NCBI RefSeq assembly: GCF_001458695.1
Contig: NZ_LN885086.1
Location: 2,190,001 to 2,222,000, forward strand
Length of the DNA stretch: 32,000 nucleotides
From: Candidatus Nitrospira inopinata
GTDB lineage: Bacteria > Nitrospirota > Nitrospiria > Nitrospirales > Nitrospiraceae
Direction: 5' to 3'
The position numbers and the translations under genes are program-made. The notes beneath the pieces are model-generated. The model was given only the letters and a program-made list of their open reading frames with translations, did not search any database and was not told the origin of the DNA. Positions 1 to 8,948 of this stretch are shown here, piece after piece. Each line of letters begins with the position of its first letter. Positions within the stretch are counted from its first letter, which is position 1.

Positions 1-2
1 TG

Positions 3-986
3 CAGCCGGCGGCGGATGTTTCTTCGGAGCCGGCTTCGTTCGACGAGGAACTGAAAACCGCCAAGGAGGTGTATCGGGCCGCCAAGGCCGTGATCCAAGG
101 CGCCATGCAGGACGTGCGGTTGGGGCGGGCGATCAACATGGAAGATGTCAATCGGGTCGTCTCGGACATGGCGGAAAGCGTCTTGCGTAATCTCGACGCC
201 TTGACCAGCCTGTCGCGACTCAAACGATTCGATGAATACACGTTCTATCATTCGGTCAACACGTCGTTGCTGGCGATGTCGTTGGGACGGGATCTCGGGT
301 TCACTAAGCACGAGCTCCATCAGATTGGCGTCGGGGCCCTGTTGCACGACATCGGCAAAACCAAGATTCCCAACGAGTTGCTCAATAAACCCGGCCGTTT
401 CGAACCGGACGAGATGGAACTGATGAAACAGCATGTGCTGCGCGGAGTTGAAGTCTTATCGAACACAACAGGGTTGGCCGAGGTGTACGCAAAGCCGGCC
501 CTTGAGCATCACGAGCGGGTCGATGGCTCAGGGTATCCGTTCGGCCGTTCAAAAGACGAACTCAGTCGGTTCGGCCTGATCGCGTCGATCGTGGACATTT
601 ACGACGCCATCACGAGCGATCGCTGCTATCACCGGGGCCGTCCGCCTCACGACGCGCTTCAGTATCTGTACCTGATCTCCATCAAGGGCCATCTCGACGC
701 CGAGTTGGTGCAACGATTCATTCGCGTCGTCGGGGTGTATCCGGTGGGGTCTCTGGTCGAATTGAACACAGGAGAAGTGGCGGTGGTGCGGCGCGTTCAC
801 CGAGACGCTCCGCTGGCTCCGCTCGTCATCATCGTGAAAAGCGCGAGCAACGTGCTGCTTTCCAAGCCGATCGAATGCGATCTTCGGGAGGAGACGAGGA
901 TTTCCGGACGGACCATCAGAACCGTCAAGGGGCCGCATGACGTGGGGGTCGATCCCGGCGTGTACCTTGACGAGGAGCCGATATGA
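3..986 (+). CDS. HD-GYP domain c-di-GMP phosphodiesterase (5'-partial, reading frame open to window edge)
   Basis: Track ORF 69..986. The same frame has no stop back to nt 3. The AAGGAGG at 63-69 abuts GTG-69, so that GTG is unlikely to be the real start. 'HDIGK' (HD codons 345-350) and 'HHERVDGSGYP' (GYP codons 531-539) are the defining HD-GYP signatures. Confidence 0.9.
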   Translation, partial: QPAADVSSEPASFDEELKTAKEVYRAAKAVIQGAMQDVRLGRAINMEDVNRVVSDMAESVLRNLDALTSLSRLKRFDEYTFYHSVNTSLLAMSLGRDLGFTKHELHQIGVGALLHDIGKTKIPNELLNKPGRFEPDEMELMKQHVLRGVEVLSNTTGLAEVYAKPALEHHERVDGSGYPFGRSKDELSRFGLIASIVDIYDAITSDRCYHRGRPPHDALQYLYLISIKGHLDAELVQRFIRVVGVYPVGSLVELNTGEVAVVRRVHRDAPLAPLVIIVKSASNVLLSKPIECDLREETRISGRTIRTVKGPHDVGVDPGVYLDEEPI

Positions 987-1705
987 ACAATGTATCGGGT
1001 ACCGTTCCTCCCTCGGCCTGTTTCTTGACCGTTGGTTTGCCCGTGAAGCTTTCCGTCGTCATGGAGGGGCGCAAGGTTGTGCATGGCAGCACATTGTTGG
1101 GGTGGAAAGAGGCTGCGTGGCTCATCTGCGAATGGCCCTCGCACCTAGACTGGGTTTCCGGCTTGGCGGAGCGCACGCCATGCACGCTGAGCTATCTGCG
1201 AGATGGAAAGCTTGTGGGATGTCGAACGGAAATTCGCGGGGCCGTCGCGACACCGGTGCCGCTGCTGTTCCTGGCCTACCCTCAGCAAGTCGAAGAAATG
1301 CATCTCCGGCAACATCCGCGTGTGTCGTCTAACGAGCCGGTCTTGTTAAGTCGAATCGGCACTTGGTCTGAGAAAGGTACGGGGATGACACAGGCCGATC
1401 ATGTCGGCGGTCTGGTGAAAGATCTTAGCATGGGAGGCTGTCGTCTCTCGCTGGAGCGGGTTCCCTCATGGATGAGGGCCGGCTCGTCGGTTCATCTGGA
1501 ATTTGAATTGCCGGGATTGGGGCATGTCACCAATTTGACGGGCATGGTCAAGAGCATCGACAAGGGAGAGGAGGGCAATCTGATCGGCGTCGAGTTCCAA
1601 TTCGACAAAATGGAATACATTGAATATCGGGGATGGGGCGGGTCGGTCAGACAGGCCATCTGGCGGTGGATACGTCAAAAGTCGGGAGAGCCCACTCTCT
1701 ATTGA
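983..1705 (+). CDS. YcgR-like PilZ-domain c-di-GMP receptor (putative flagellar brake)
   Basis: ATG 983 overlaps the HD-GYP stop (ATGA). Canonical PilZ motifs are present: RxxxR 'RQHPR' (1307-1321), then 33 aa later D-x-S-x-x-G 'DLSMGG' (1421-1438). A ~100-aa N-terminal domain ends in 'PLLFLAYPQQVEE' directly before RxxxR, as in the YcgR PilZN+PilZ architecture. Length 240 aa is similar to YcgR. Confidence 0.8.
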   Translation: MNNVSGTVPPSACFLTVGLPVKLSVVMEGRKVVHGSTLLGWKEAAWLICEWPSHLDWVSGLAERTPCTLSYLRDGKLVGCRTEIRGAVATPVPLLFLAYPQQVEEMHLRQHPRVSSNEPVLLSRIGTWSEKGTGMTQADHVGGLVKDLSMGGCRLSLERVPSWMRAGSSVHLEFELPGLGHVTNLTGMVKSIDKGEEGNLIGVEFQFDKMEYIEYRGWGGSVRQAIWRWIRQKSGEPTLY

Positions 1706-1814
1706 CCGGTCTTGTTCTCATCCTGCCCGGCGGATCCTTCCATCCCCGCCCGGCAAATTCTGCCACGGTGACCTTCGCGTGCCAAAAACACTCGGTTTTT
1801 ACGCAGAAAACCGC

Positions 1815-1830
1815 TGGCACGCAGTTTGAA
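1815..1830 (+). promoter_or_regulatory. sigma-54 (-24/-12) type promoter candidate upstream of the glycan operon
   Basis: TGGCACG-CAGT-TTGAA versus consensus TGGCACG-N4-TTGCW. The -24 element is perfect; the -12 element reads TTGA instead of TTGC. It lies in the only sizeable intergenic gap (1706-1853) before the 22-kb operon. The predicted start (~1840) would leave a very short leader containing the GAGGAGGG SD (1842-1849). Confidence 0.45.
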
Positions 1831-1853
1831 CCTCCCTTTGTGAGGAGGGCCTC

Positions 1854-2627
1854 GTGAAAGCCGTGATTCTGGCTGGAGGAGTCGGGTCTCGATTAAGCGA
1901 GGAAACCATCGGCCGTCCCAAGCCGATGGTGGAGATCGGCGGCAGGCCGATCCTCTGGCACATCATGAAGATCTATTCGGCCCATGGCATCAATGACTTC
2001 ATTATTTGCCTTGGCTACAAGGGTACCATGATTAAGGACTACTTCGTGAATTATTCCCTGTATCGCTCGGATATCACCATCGATGTGGCTCACAACAAGA
2101 TCGAGGTCCATCACAACCATGCCGAGCCGTGGCGTGTGACGCTGGTGGATACGGGCGAACACACGATGACGGGGGGGAGGCTCAAGCGGGTGGCGCGATA
2201 TGTCGAGGGAGAAGAGTGTTTCTGTTTTACGTACGGCGACGGGGTGGCGGATGTCGATCTGACCGCGGAGATCGCCTTTCATCGGTCGCATCGCAAATTG
2301 GCGACGGTCTGCGCGGTGTTGCCACCCGGTCGGTTCGGCGCATTGGAACTGACGCACGGGCGAGTGGTGAAGTTTACGGAAAAACCCATGGGCGACGGCG
2401 GCTTGATCAACGGCGGTTTTTTTATTCTGTCGCCGAAGGTGATCGACTTCGTGGAACAGGACTCGACGGTGTGGGAGGGCCAGCCACTATATCGGCTGGC
2501 AACGTCGGGGGAACTGATGGCGTTCGAACACCGGGGATTTTGGCACCCGATGGATACGATTCGAGACAAGAATCACCTGGAGGAACTCTGGCGATCGGGG
2601 CGGGCGCCATGGAAAGTGTGGGAGTAA
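1854..2627 (+). CDS. rfbF: glucose-1-phosphate cytidylyltransferase
   Basis: GTG start 4 nt after GAGGAGGG. The N-terminus 'KAVILAGGVGSRLSEETIGRPKPMVEIGGRPILWHIMKIYSAHGINDFIICLGYKG' is the characteristic RfbF/DdhA signature. 257 aa is the typical length. Confidence 0.93.
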   Translation: MKAVILAGGVGSRLSEETIGRPKPMVEIGGRPILWHIMKIYSAHGINDFIICLGYKGTMIKDYFVNYSLYRSDITIDVAHNKIEVHHNHAEPWRVTLVDTGEHTMTGGRLKRVARYVEGEECFCFTYGDGVADVDLTAEIAFHRSHRKLATVCAVLPPGRFGALELTHGRVVKFTEKPMGDGGLINGGFFILSPKVIDFVEQDSTVWEGQPLYRLATSGELMAFEHRGFWHPMDTIRDKNHLEELWRSGRAPWKVWE

Positions 2628-3688
2628 AGCTTCCCTCTGCCGAATTTTGGCGTGGCAAACGGGTGTTGGTCACCGGCCACACGGGGTTCAAGGGAAGCTG
2701 GCTGGCACAGTGGCTGTCGAGGTTAGGTGCGTCTGTCGCGGGTGTCGCATTGCCCCCTGCGACAGAACCCAACCTGTTTACCCTGGCCAGGATCGACAAA
2801 CTGCTCGACGGCTACTTTTGCGACATTCGGTCGTTCGATTCTCTGATTGGGATTATCAAGGCGGTGCAGCCTGAAATCGTCTTTCATCTGGCGGCCCAGC
2901 CGCTTGTGCGGGTGGGATATCGGATGCCGGTCGAAACCATTGAGACGAACGTGATGGGTACCACGTACCTGCTCGAAGCCTTGCGGACAGTAAAGTCTCT
3001 CCTGGTGGCGGTCTTGGCGACGACGGACAAGGTCTATCGGAATCGAGAACATTTGCGCTCCTTCCGGGAAGACGATCCGTTGGGGGGCGATGATCCCTAC
3101 AGTGCCAGCAAGGCGGCGATGGAGATGATTGTTGACAGTTATCGACGGTCATTCTTCGATGAGCGGGGTGTGGCGGTCGCGACGGTCAGAGCTGGCAATG
3201 TGATCGGTGGGGGGGATTGGTCAGCCGATCGGCTGATTCCGGATGCCATTCGGGCGTGGAGCAAGGGGGAGGTTTTGCGCGTCCGGCGCCCCGATGCGGT
3301 ACGGCCTTGGCAACATGTGCTGGAGCCTCTCTGCGGGTATCTTCGTTTGGCGGAATTGCTGTGGGATACACCTTGTCTTGCCGGTCCCTATAACTTTGGT
3401 CCCGACAGTCGGGCGACGGTCGCTGTTCGCGGCGTGGTGGAGTTGGCCCGTGCTGCTTATGGCGGAGGTGACGTTGCCTATGGAGATGGCCATGAAGGGT
3501 TGCATGAGGCAGGAGCGATCGCTTTGGAGTCGACCAAGGCGAAAAGCATCCTCGGGGTGGTTCCTCGGTGGGTGATCAAAACAGCGATAGAACGGACGAT
3601 GAGATGGTATCAACGGCAGGCTGCCGGCGAGGACGCGCGCCGGTTGTGCGAGGAAGATTTCGTCTCTTATGAGGAGCAACCCGCATGA
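2609..3688 (+). CDS. rfbG: CDP-glucose 4,6-dehydratase
   Basis: Internal ATG 2609 of track ORF 2129..3688; the upstream 160 codons overlap rfbF and look non-coding. '[15 protein letters not shown]' is a Rossmann motif and 'YSASKAA' is the catalytic YxxxK. 359 aa. Overlaps the rfbF end by 19 nt. Confidence 0.9.
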   Translation: MESVGVKLPSAEFWRGKRVLVTGHTGFKGSWLAQWLSRLGASVAGVALPPATEPNLFTLARIDKLLDGYFCDIRSFDSLIGIIKAVQPEIVFHLAAQPLVRVGYRMPVETIETNVMGTTYLLEALRTVKSLLVAVLATTDKVYRNREHLRSFREDDPLGGDDPYSASKAAMEMIVDSYRRSFFDERGVAVATVRAGNVIGGGDWSADRLIPDAIRAWSKGEVLRVRRPDAVRPWQHVLEPLCGYLRLAELLWDTPCLAGPYNFGPDSRATVAVRGVVELARAAYGGGDVAYGDGHEGLHEAGAIALESTKAKSILGVVPRWVIKTAIERTMRWYQRQAAGEDARRLCEEDFVSYEEQPA

Positions 3689-5025
3689 CGGCCGCCAACG
3701 TCGAAGTCTTGAAAGAAGAAATTCTGCGGTTGGTGGGACAGTACGCCGAGGAAGCCTTCAAAGACCATCCTTTTGTGCCAGATGGTTCCCCGGTTCCCGC
3801 GTCCGGCAAGGTGATTGGCGCGCCGGAATTGCAAAACGCGGTGGAGGCGGCGTTGGATGGTTGGCTCACGGCGGGACGGTTCAATGACCAATTTGAAGAT
3901 CGGCTGGCCACCGTCATGGGAGTGAAATACGCGCTCACGACCAACTCCGGCTCGTCGGCCAACCTGCTCGCCCTGTCTGCCTTGACGTCGCCGGAGTGGG
4001 GAGAACGGGCACTTCGGCCGGGAGACGAAATCATTACCGTGGCAACGGGATTTCCCACAACGGTCAATCCGATTCTTCTGCTTGGGGCTGTGCCGGTGTT
4101 TGTCGATGTGTCGGTGCCGACCTATAACGTTGATGTGGCCCAGTTGGAACAAGCGGTGTCGGAGAAAACCAAGGCGATCGTACTCGCCCACACGCTGGGG
4201 AATCCGTTCGATGTGGCGCGCGTCATGCGAGTCGCCCGCCAATATGGTTTGTGGGTGATCGAGGATTGTTGCGACGCGCTGGGATCCACCTATGAAGGGA
4301 AACCGGTGGGGACCTTTGGCGACATCGGCACGCTGAGCTTCTATCCGGCCCACCACATCACGACGGGCGAGGGCGGCGCCGTCGTGACAAACAACACAAA
4401 ACTCAAGCGGGTTCTGGAGTCGTTTCGGGACTGGGGACGTGATTGCTACTGTCCGCCGGGCCGGGATAATACCTGTGGACGTCGCTACTGCTGGCAACGG
4501 GGGGAACTGCCCAAGGGATATGATCACAAGTACATCTATACACATGCCGGCTATAACCTCAAGATGACCGATTTCCAGGCCGCGGTGGGCCTGGCGCAAT
4601 TGGAGCGACTGCCCGACTTCATCAAGATACGAAAGCGAAACTTCCATTATCTGAAAGAAGGATTGGCTGACCTGCAAGAGTGGCTCATGTTGCCGGAGGC
4701 CACGCCACGGTCCGATCCGTCTTGGTTCGGGTTTCCGATCATGCTCCGCCCCGGCGCCCCAATTACGAGGGTTGAGCTGCTGGAGTCGCTCGATCGTCAT
4801 CGGATTGGGAGTCGCCTTCTCTTCGGAGGGAACCTGACTCGTCAACCATACATGCGAGGGCGGCTCTTTCGCGTGCACGAAGAATTGAGTACGAGCGATT
4901 TGATTATGAACCAAGCGTTCTGGGTCGGCGTGTATCCTGGGCTCGATCGCGTCAAATTGGACTTTGTCATTGAAACCATCACGCGAACGGTGAAGGAGAA
5001 ACAGCGTTTATGCCTGGCTTGCTGA
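3685..5025 (+). CDS. rfbH: CDP-6-deoxy-L-threo-D-glycero-4-hexulose 3-dehydrase (E1; RfbH/DdhC/AscC type, PMP- and [2Fe-2S]-dependent)
   Basis: ATGA overlap with rfbG. DegT/DnrJ/EryC1 fold, with the Schiff-base Lys replaced by His ('[13 protein letters not shown]', first His codon 4351-4353). Cys196, Cys254, Cys256 and Cys264 give exactly the C-X57-C-X1-C-X7-C spacing reported for the E1 iron-sulfur site (Cys codons at 4270, 4444, 4450, 4474). Confidence 0.9.
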   Translation: MTAANVEVLKEEILRLVGQYAEEAFKDHPFVPDGSPVPASGKVIGAPELQNAVEAALDGWLTAGRFNDQFEDRLATVMGVKYALTTNSGSSANLLALSALTSPEWGERALRPGDEIITVATGFPTTVNPILLLGAVPVFVDVSVPTYNVDVAQLEQAVSEKTKAIVLAHTLGNPFDVARVMRVARQYGLWVIEDCCDALGSTYEGKPVGTFGDIGTLSFYPAHHITTGEGGAVVTNNTKLKRVLESFRDWGRDCYCPPGRDNTCGRRYCWQRGELPKGYDHKYIYTHAGYNLKMTDFQAAVGLAQLERLPDFIKIRKRNFHYLKEGLADLQEWLMLPEATPRSDPSWFGFPIMLRPGAPITRVELLESLDRHRIGSRLLFGGNLTRQPYMRGRLFRVHEELSTSDLIMNQAFWVGVYPGLDRVKLDFVIETITRTVKEKQRLCLAC

Positions 5026-5609
5026 TAACCAAGCCCGATTCGGTCAAGCAATTGTTTACGGTGACGCCCTCGACCATTTCTGGCTGTGTCGAGCTGCGGC
5101 CACAGGTGCGGGAAGACCGGCGAGGGCGGTTCGTCAAGGTCTTCCATCGACACATGTTTGAGTTGTTGGGACTGTGTGCCGATTATGAGGAAGAATATTA
5201 CTCGGTCTCGCGGAGAGGCGTGATCCGGGGCTTGCATTTTCAGGTCCCTCCGATGGATCACGACAAGCTCATTTATTGTGTCAGCGGCCGCATTCAGGAT
5301 GCCGCTGTGGACCTTCGCTGCGGCTCGCCGACCTACGGGCGATACGCTCTGTTCGACGTATCGGCGGAAGAAGGAAACATGGTCTATGTCCCCCGCGGCC
5401 TCGCTCACGGGTTTTGTACGCTCAGTGAATCCGCGATCGTGGTCTATAAAGTCTCAAGCGTCTATTCAGCAGAGCATGATCGTGGCCTCTTGTGGAATTC
5501 GGCAGGGATTCCCTGGGCGATCGGTGACCCCCTCGTGTCGGACCGGGACTTAACCCATCCTCCGTTTGAGTCGTTCAGAAGTCCGTTCAGCTATGGAGCG
5601 GGCTCATGA
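5010..5609 (+). CDS. RmlC-like cupin sugar-nucleotide epimerase (candidate CDP-4-keto-3,6-dideoxyhexose 5- or 3,5-epimerase, AscE-like)
   Basis: ATG 5010 lies behind GAAGGAGAA and overlaps the rfbH end by 16 nt. 'RGLHFQ', '[19 protein letters not shown]' and '[18 protein letters not shown]' match the RmlC-family His/Lys/Tyr catalytic blocks. Confidence 0.8.
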   Translation: MPGLLITKPDSVKQLFTVTPSTISGCVELRPQVREDRRGRFVKVFHRHMFELLGLCADYEEEYYSVSRRGVIRGLHFQVPPMDHDKLIYCVSGRIQDAAVDLRCGSPTYGRYALFDVSAEEGNMVYVPRGLAHGFCTLSESAIVVYKVSSVYSAEHDRGLLWNSAGIPWAIGDPLVSDRDLTHPPFESFRSPFSYGAGS

Positions 5610-6514
5610 GAATTCTGGTCACCGGCGCCACCGGCTTTCTTGGGTCGCATGTCGTGCCGGCGTTGCGGAAGCAAGGGCATGAAGTGGGCTGTGTCGCACG
5701 AACCGGCTCTCTCCTCAGCCACTCACACGAGGGCTGCTCCGTATGGCGAGTGGCGGACAACGGCCAAGGGCTCCACGCGGCCGTGCAAACGTTTCGACCG
5801 GAGGTTGTCGTCCATTTGGCCGCGCTCTATGTGTGCGAACATCGTGAAAAAGATATCAGTCCCCTGATCAGAGCGAACGTTGAGTTCGGCGCACATCTGC
5901 TCGACGCCATGGGAAAGGGGGGATGCGACGCGCTCGTCTATGCGGGTACGGCCTGGCAGCACTACCGGAATCAAAACTATTGCCCGGTCAATCTTTATGC
6001 CGCGACCAAACAGGCGTTTGTGACAATCGCCGACTACTATCGCGATGCCGATGGCCTGCGTCTCCTGGAACTCCATTTGTACGACAGTTACGGGCCGGAT
6101 GATCAAAGGCCGAAACTGCTCAACCGGTTGTTGGCCGTGGCGGAGACTGGCGAAGAGCTTGCGATGTCCCCCGGCACCCAACTGCTGCATTTGGTGCACG
6201 TCGATGATGTCAGCCGAGGTATCGCAATGGCCTGCGAGCAGGTGGTGTCCTTCAGGCCAGGAGAGCGGCGTGTCTATCGGCTTCCCTCGGAGAGGGCCGT
6301 GACGTTGCGGGAGCTGGTCGAGAAACTGAACGAGGCGGATCCCTTGCGCACCGTGAAGGTGCGGTGGGGAATGAGACCTTTTCGCCGACGCGAAATGTTG
6401 CGGCCGTGGGAAGGGGTGCCGGTTTTGCCGGGCTGGAAGGCAGCGGTTTCTTTGAAGGCGGGATTAGAGGCGATCTGCCGCCTTCGCCCCATCGGCAATC
6501 GGATTGGAGGGTAG
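5606..6514 (+). CDS. NAD(P)-dependent SDR epimerase/reductase (candidate CDP-4-keto-dideoxyhexose 4-reductase)
   Basis: ATGA overlap with the epimerase gene. 'ILVTGATGFLGSHV' is a GxxGxxG motif and 'YAATKQA' is YxxxK. 302 aa, a similar size to RfbS/RfbJ/AscF-type reductases. Confidence 0.8.
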   Translation: MRILVTGATGFLGSHVVPALRKQGHEVGCVARTGSLLSHSHEGCSVWRVADNGQGLHAAVQTFRPEVVVHLAALYVCEHREKDISPLIRANVEFGAHLLDAMGKGGCDALVYAGTAWQHYRNQNYCPVNLYAATKQAFVTIADYYRDADGLRLLELHLYDSYGPDDQRPKLLNRLLAVAETGEELAMSPGTQLLHLVHVDDVSRGIAMACEQVVSFRPGERRVYRLPSERAVTLRELVEKLNEADPLRTVKVRWGMRPFRRREMLRPWEGVPVLPGWKAAVSLKAGLEAICRLRPIGNRIGG

Positions 6515-6515
6515 A

Positions 6516-7556
6516 ATGTCCCTGCCGCTGGTCAGTCTCTGCATTCCCAATTACAACAATGAGCGATATCTGGACGTCTGCATCAGGAGCGCACTCTCTC
6601 AAACGTGGCCCCATGTCGAAGTTGTCCTTGTGGACGACTGTTCGACGGATGGCTCGTTCTCACTGGCCCGAAAATATGAGGAGCGGATTCGGCTGTTTCG
6701 CAATGAGAAAAATCTTGGACAGCCGGCGAACACCAATCGCTGCGTCGAGTTGGCGCGAGGAGAATTCGTGGCCATCGTGCACGGCGACGACTATCTCCTG
6801 CCGACCTTTGTAGAACGGTTGGCGCCGCTTCTGCAGCAGTACGAACGAGCCGCTCTCGCGATCGGTGAACGGTACGAGACCGACGAAACAGGCGTGCTAC
6901 GGAACGTGACGCCGTTTTACACAACCGATTGCCTGATTCCTGGAGAAAAACAGGCCAAAGTATTCATGTTCATGTCGTTTCCGCCTTGCCAGGTGTTGAT
7001 CAGACGAGCCGTTTACCGGAGCATCGGAGGGGCCGATCTCCGCCACGTGGTGAATCTGGACGGATTGCTGTGGTTCAAATGTGCGCTGGTCGGCGACATC
7101 GTCTATGTTCGTGAGCCCGTCGGTGTGTATCGAAAACACGGCGAAAGCACGACCGCCCGCTACAACAGACGCATCGATCACATGATCGAATATTACATGA
7201 CTTTATTGGCGATGCAGGAGGCGGGACGAGGCAGACCGTATTTGGAGCGATATTATGACGCGGCCGTCAAACGCGTGGGCGAGTTGACGGTTCGGTATTG
7301 TCGAGAGGTGTTTCGCGAAAAGAATTACGAGTTGGCCAAACGGTATCTTGCCTTGGCGACAGTGTTTGATCCCGCAATCAGCAAATCGAATCAGTGGCGG
7401 GCGCTGCACTATTGCCTTGAGAGCGAAGATCGCGACCCTCATGACCTGTATCGGCGGCTGATGGAGGGAGAGACTCAGCAGCGCATCACCAGTTATGAAC
7501 CGCCGGAGGGATTTCAAGCACTGAAAAGTCAACAAGCTGGAGGGGCGTCGTCATGA
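6516..7556 (+). CDS. family-2 glycosyltransferase
   Basis: ATG 6516 (the track starts at TTG 6504) lies 1 nt after the upstream stop and is preceded by GGAGG. 'VSLCIPNYNNERYLDVCIRSALSQTWPHVEVVLVDDCSTDGS' and 'HGDDY' (DxD-like) are typical of GT-A/GT2. Confidence 0.85.
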   Translation: MSLPLVSLCIPNYNNERYLDVCIRSALSQTWPHVEVVLVDDCSTDGSFSLARKYEERIRLFRNEKNLGQPANTNRCVELARGEFVAIVHGDDYLLPTFVERLAPLLQQYERAALAIGERYETDETGVLRNVTPFYTTDCLIPGEKQAKVFMFMSFPPCQVLIRRAVYRSIGGADLRHVVNLDGLLWFKCALVGDIVYVREPVGVYRKHGESTTARYNRRIDHMIEYYMTLLAMQEAGRGRPYLERYYDAAVKRVGELTVRYCREVFREKNYELAKRYLALATVFDPAISKSNQWRALHYCLESEDRDPHDLYRRLMEGETQQRITSYEPPEGFQALKSQQAGGASS

Positions 7557-8923
7557 ACGCCTGTGCTCTCCTGGTGAGAGATCGCAAACCGCTTGTTCCA
7601 TCAGTATTTGAACGAGCCATCGATCGTCGACAGAGGATCATTCTCTACGGGGCCGGCAAGATCGGACAACGGGTCGCGGCGGCTCTCAGGTGGTTCGGTC
7701 ATTCGCCGGCGTTCTTCTGGGATCGATGTGCCGATCTGTTGGGAAGCGAGCGCAATGGCATAGAGGTCTTGCTCCCCGATTTGTCGACGATGTCGCTCGA
7801 AGAACGAGCTGATTGCCTCGTCGTTGTCACCATTTTTTCAGAGAATGTCGCCGAGCGGATCAGACAAGAATTGCTTTGTGCGGGATACCCGAATGTCTTG
7901 TCCGACAAGACGACCATCGGCGGCCTGCTTGAAGCGGAATGTGTATCCCGTCTCCAAGCCGGCCGTTTCGAGTTCCAGCTCATGCGGTGTCATATCTGTC
8001 CGGTCGTCAGTGATGTGAGAAGCCGATGCGAGATCTTCGAACGTCATGTACGGGATTGCTTCGTCAGGGGCGTCGAAGCGCAGTTCGTTCCCGAAGTGGT
8101 CGTACCCTCGATGGGAGTTCTGATTTCCAATAAGTGCACGATGACATGCGAAGGCTGCAACCACCTCCGGGATCATTATGCACCGGACGATCATCGGGAT
8201 CTTGCTCCCGATCAGGTGATCGAGGATCTGAGGAAACTTCTTTCGGCGGTGGATCTGGTCAACAAACTTGTGCTGGTCGGCGGAGAGGCGTTGCTCCATC
8301 CGCGCGTCGAGGAGATCATCAATCAGCTCCTCCGGCTGCCCAAAGTAGGGATTCTCCAGATCATTACCAATGGAACGGTCGTGCCCAAAAGCCGCCGCGT
8401 GTTCGAACTGCTGGCGAGTCCTCGCGTCATCGTCGAGATCAGCGATTACGGCGATCATGTGCCGGAGCCCTTGCGGCCCAATGTCTCGCGGTTCATCGAG
8501 CACCTGGAGAATCATCGGATCCAGTATCGGCGGATTCGGACGTTGCAGTGGTTTGATTTCGGAGGATTTGAGGATCGAGGCTACACGGTAGAGGAAATTC
8601 GGCGTGTCTATCGCACCTGCTGTTTCCTGTCTCACGACCTTTTCGACGGCCGGTTGTACAAGTGCAGCAGAAGCGCTTATGGAACCGTGATCGGCAAGGT
8701 GCCGAACTATCCAGGTGACTACGTCGACATCCGAAGCCTGGATCGGCAGTCGCTGAGGATGCGTCTGATCGAGTTTCTATCGTTGGAATACGTGGAGGCG
8801 TGTCGTCACTGTAACGGAGCCTCCGCCGCGTTGACGATGGAAGCGGGCAGGCAGATCGTCGTCGTGAAAAGGGGGCATCTTCGCCGGGATGGTTCCGGGT
8901 TGGAAGCGGCCGCCGGCGTTTAG
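7553..8923 (+). CDS. radical SAM enzyme with N-terminal Rossmann-like module and Cys-rich (SPASM/twitch-like) C-terminus
   Basis: ATGA overlap with the GT2 gene. 'ILYGAGKIGQRV' is a nucleotide-binding-type N-domain (aa ~25-130). CX3CX2C motif 'CTMTCEGC' at 8135-8158. C-terminal cysteines occur in 'CCFLSHD..YKCSRS..CRHCNG'. Confidence 0.8.
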   Translation: MNACALLVRDRKPLVPSVFERAIDRRQRIILYGAGKIGQRVAAALRWFGHSPAFFWDRCADLLGSERNGIEVLLPDLSTMSLEERADCLVVVTIFSENVAERIRQELLCAGYPNVLSDKTTIGGLLEAECVSRLQAGRFEFQLMRCHICPVVSDVRSRCEIFERHVRDCFVRGVEAQFVPEVVVPSMGVLISNKCTMTCEGCNHLRDHYAPDDHRDLAPDQVIEDLRKLLSAVDLVNKLVLVGGEALLHPRVEEIINQLLRLPKVGILQIITNGTVVPKSRRVFELLASPRVIVEISDYGDHVPEPLRPNVSRFIEHLENHRIQYRRIRTLQWFDFGGFEDRGYTVEEIRRVYRTCCFLSHDLFDGRLYKCSRSAYGTVIGKVPNYPGDYVDIRSLDRQSLRMRLIEFLSLEYVEACRHCNGASAALTMEAGRQIVVVKRGHLRRDGSGLEAAAGV

Positions 8924-8948
8924 CCGCGCGTACGGAAAGGAGACCGTC

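Noticed and set aside
937-1332. Small overlapping + strand ORFs such as 232..423, 937..1332, 1620..1857, 26133..26408 and 31025..31321.
   Set aside because: They are out of frame within, or overlap, strongly supported genes or promoters. They have no SD and their composition is Arg/Gly/Ala-biased with no motifs.
1784-1800. AAAAAC-ACTCG-GTTTTT inverted repeat upstream of the sigma-54-like promoter, considered as a terminator or as an IHF/EBP site.
   Set aside because: It is only a 6-bp, almost pure A/T stem, which would be thermodynamically weak and could easily arise by chance. It has no second half-site pattern typical of EBP UAS elements.
2129-2608. Upstream extensions of track ORFs: 2129 for rfbG, 8889, 11569, 12924, 19080, 20330, 22221, 23934, 27768, 28957, 31328, 30922.
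   Set aside because: The extended N-termini overlap the preceding gene or a promoter and lack family similarity. In each case an internal ATG or GTG with a Shine-Dalgarno sequence, or an ATGA-type overlap, gives the canonical family N-terminus.
3667-4914. Long minus-strand ORFs opposite well-supported + strand genes: 3667..4914 (415 aa), 7838..8635, 14930..15811, 17252..18448 (398 aa), 18999..19883, 22419..23939 (506 aa), 26587..27948 (453 aa), 29727..30806 (359 aa).
   Set aside because: Each lies antisense to a gene with strong family signatures (rfbH, radical SAM, giant GT, GT9, fliD, MCP-like). Their translations are Arg/Pro/Gly-rich and low in complexity, with no recognisable motifs. This is typical of stop-poor shadow frames in high-GC DNA.
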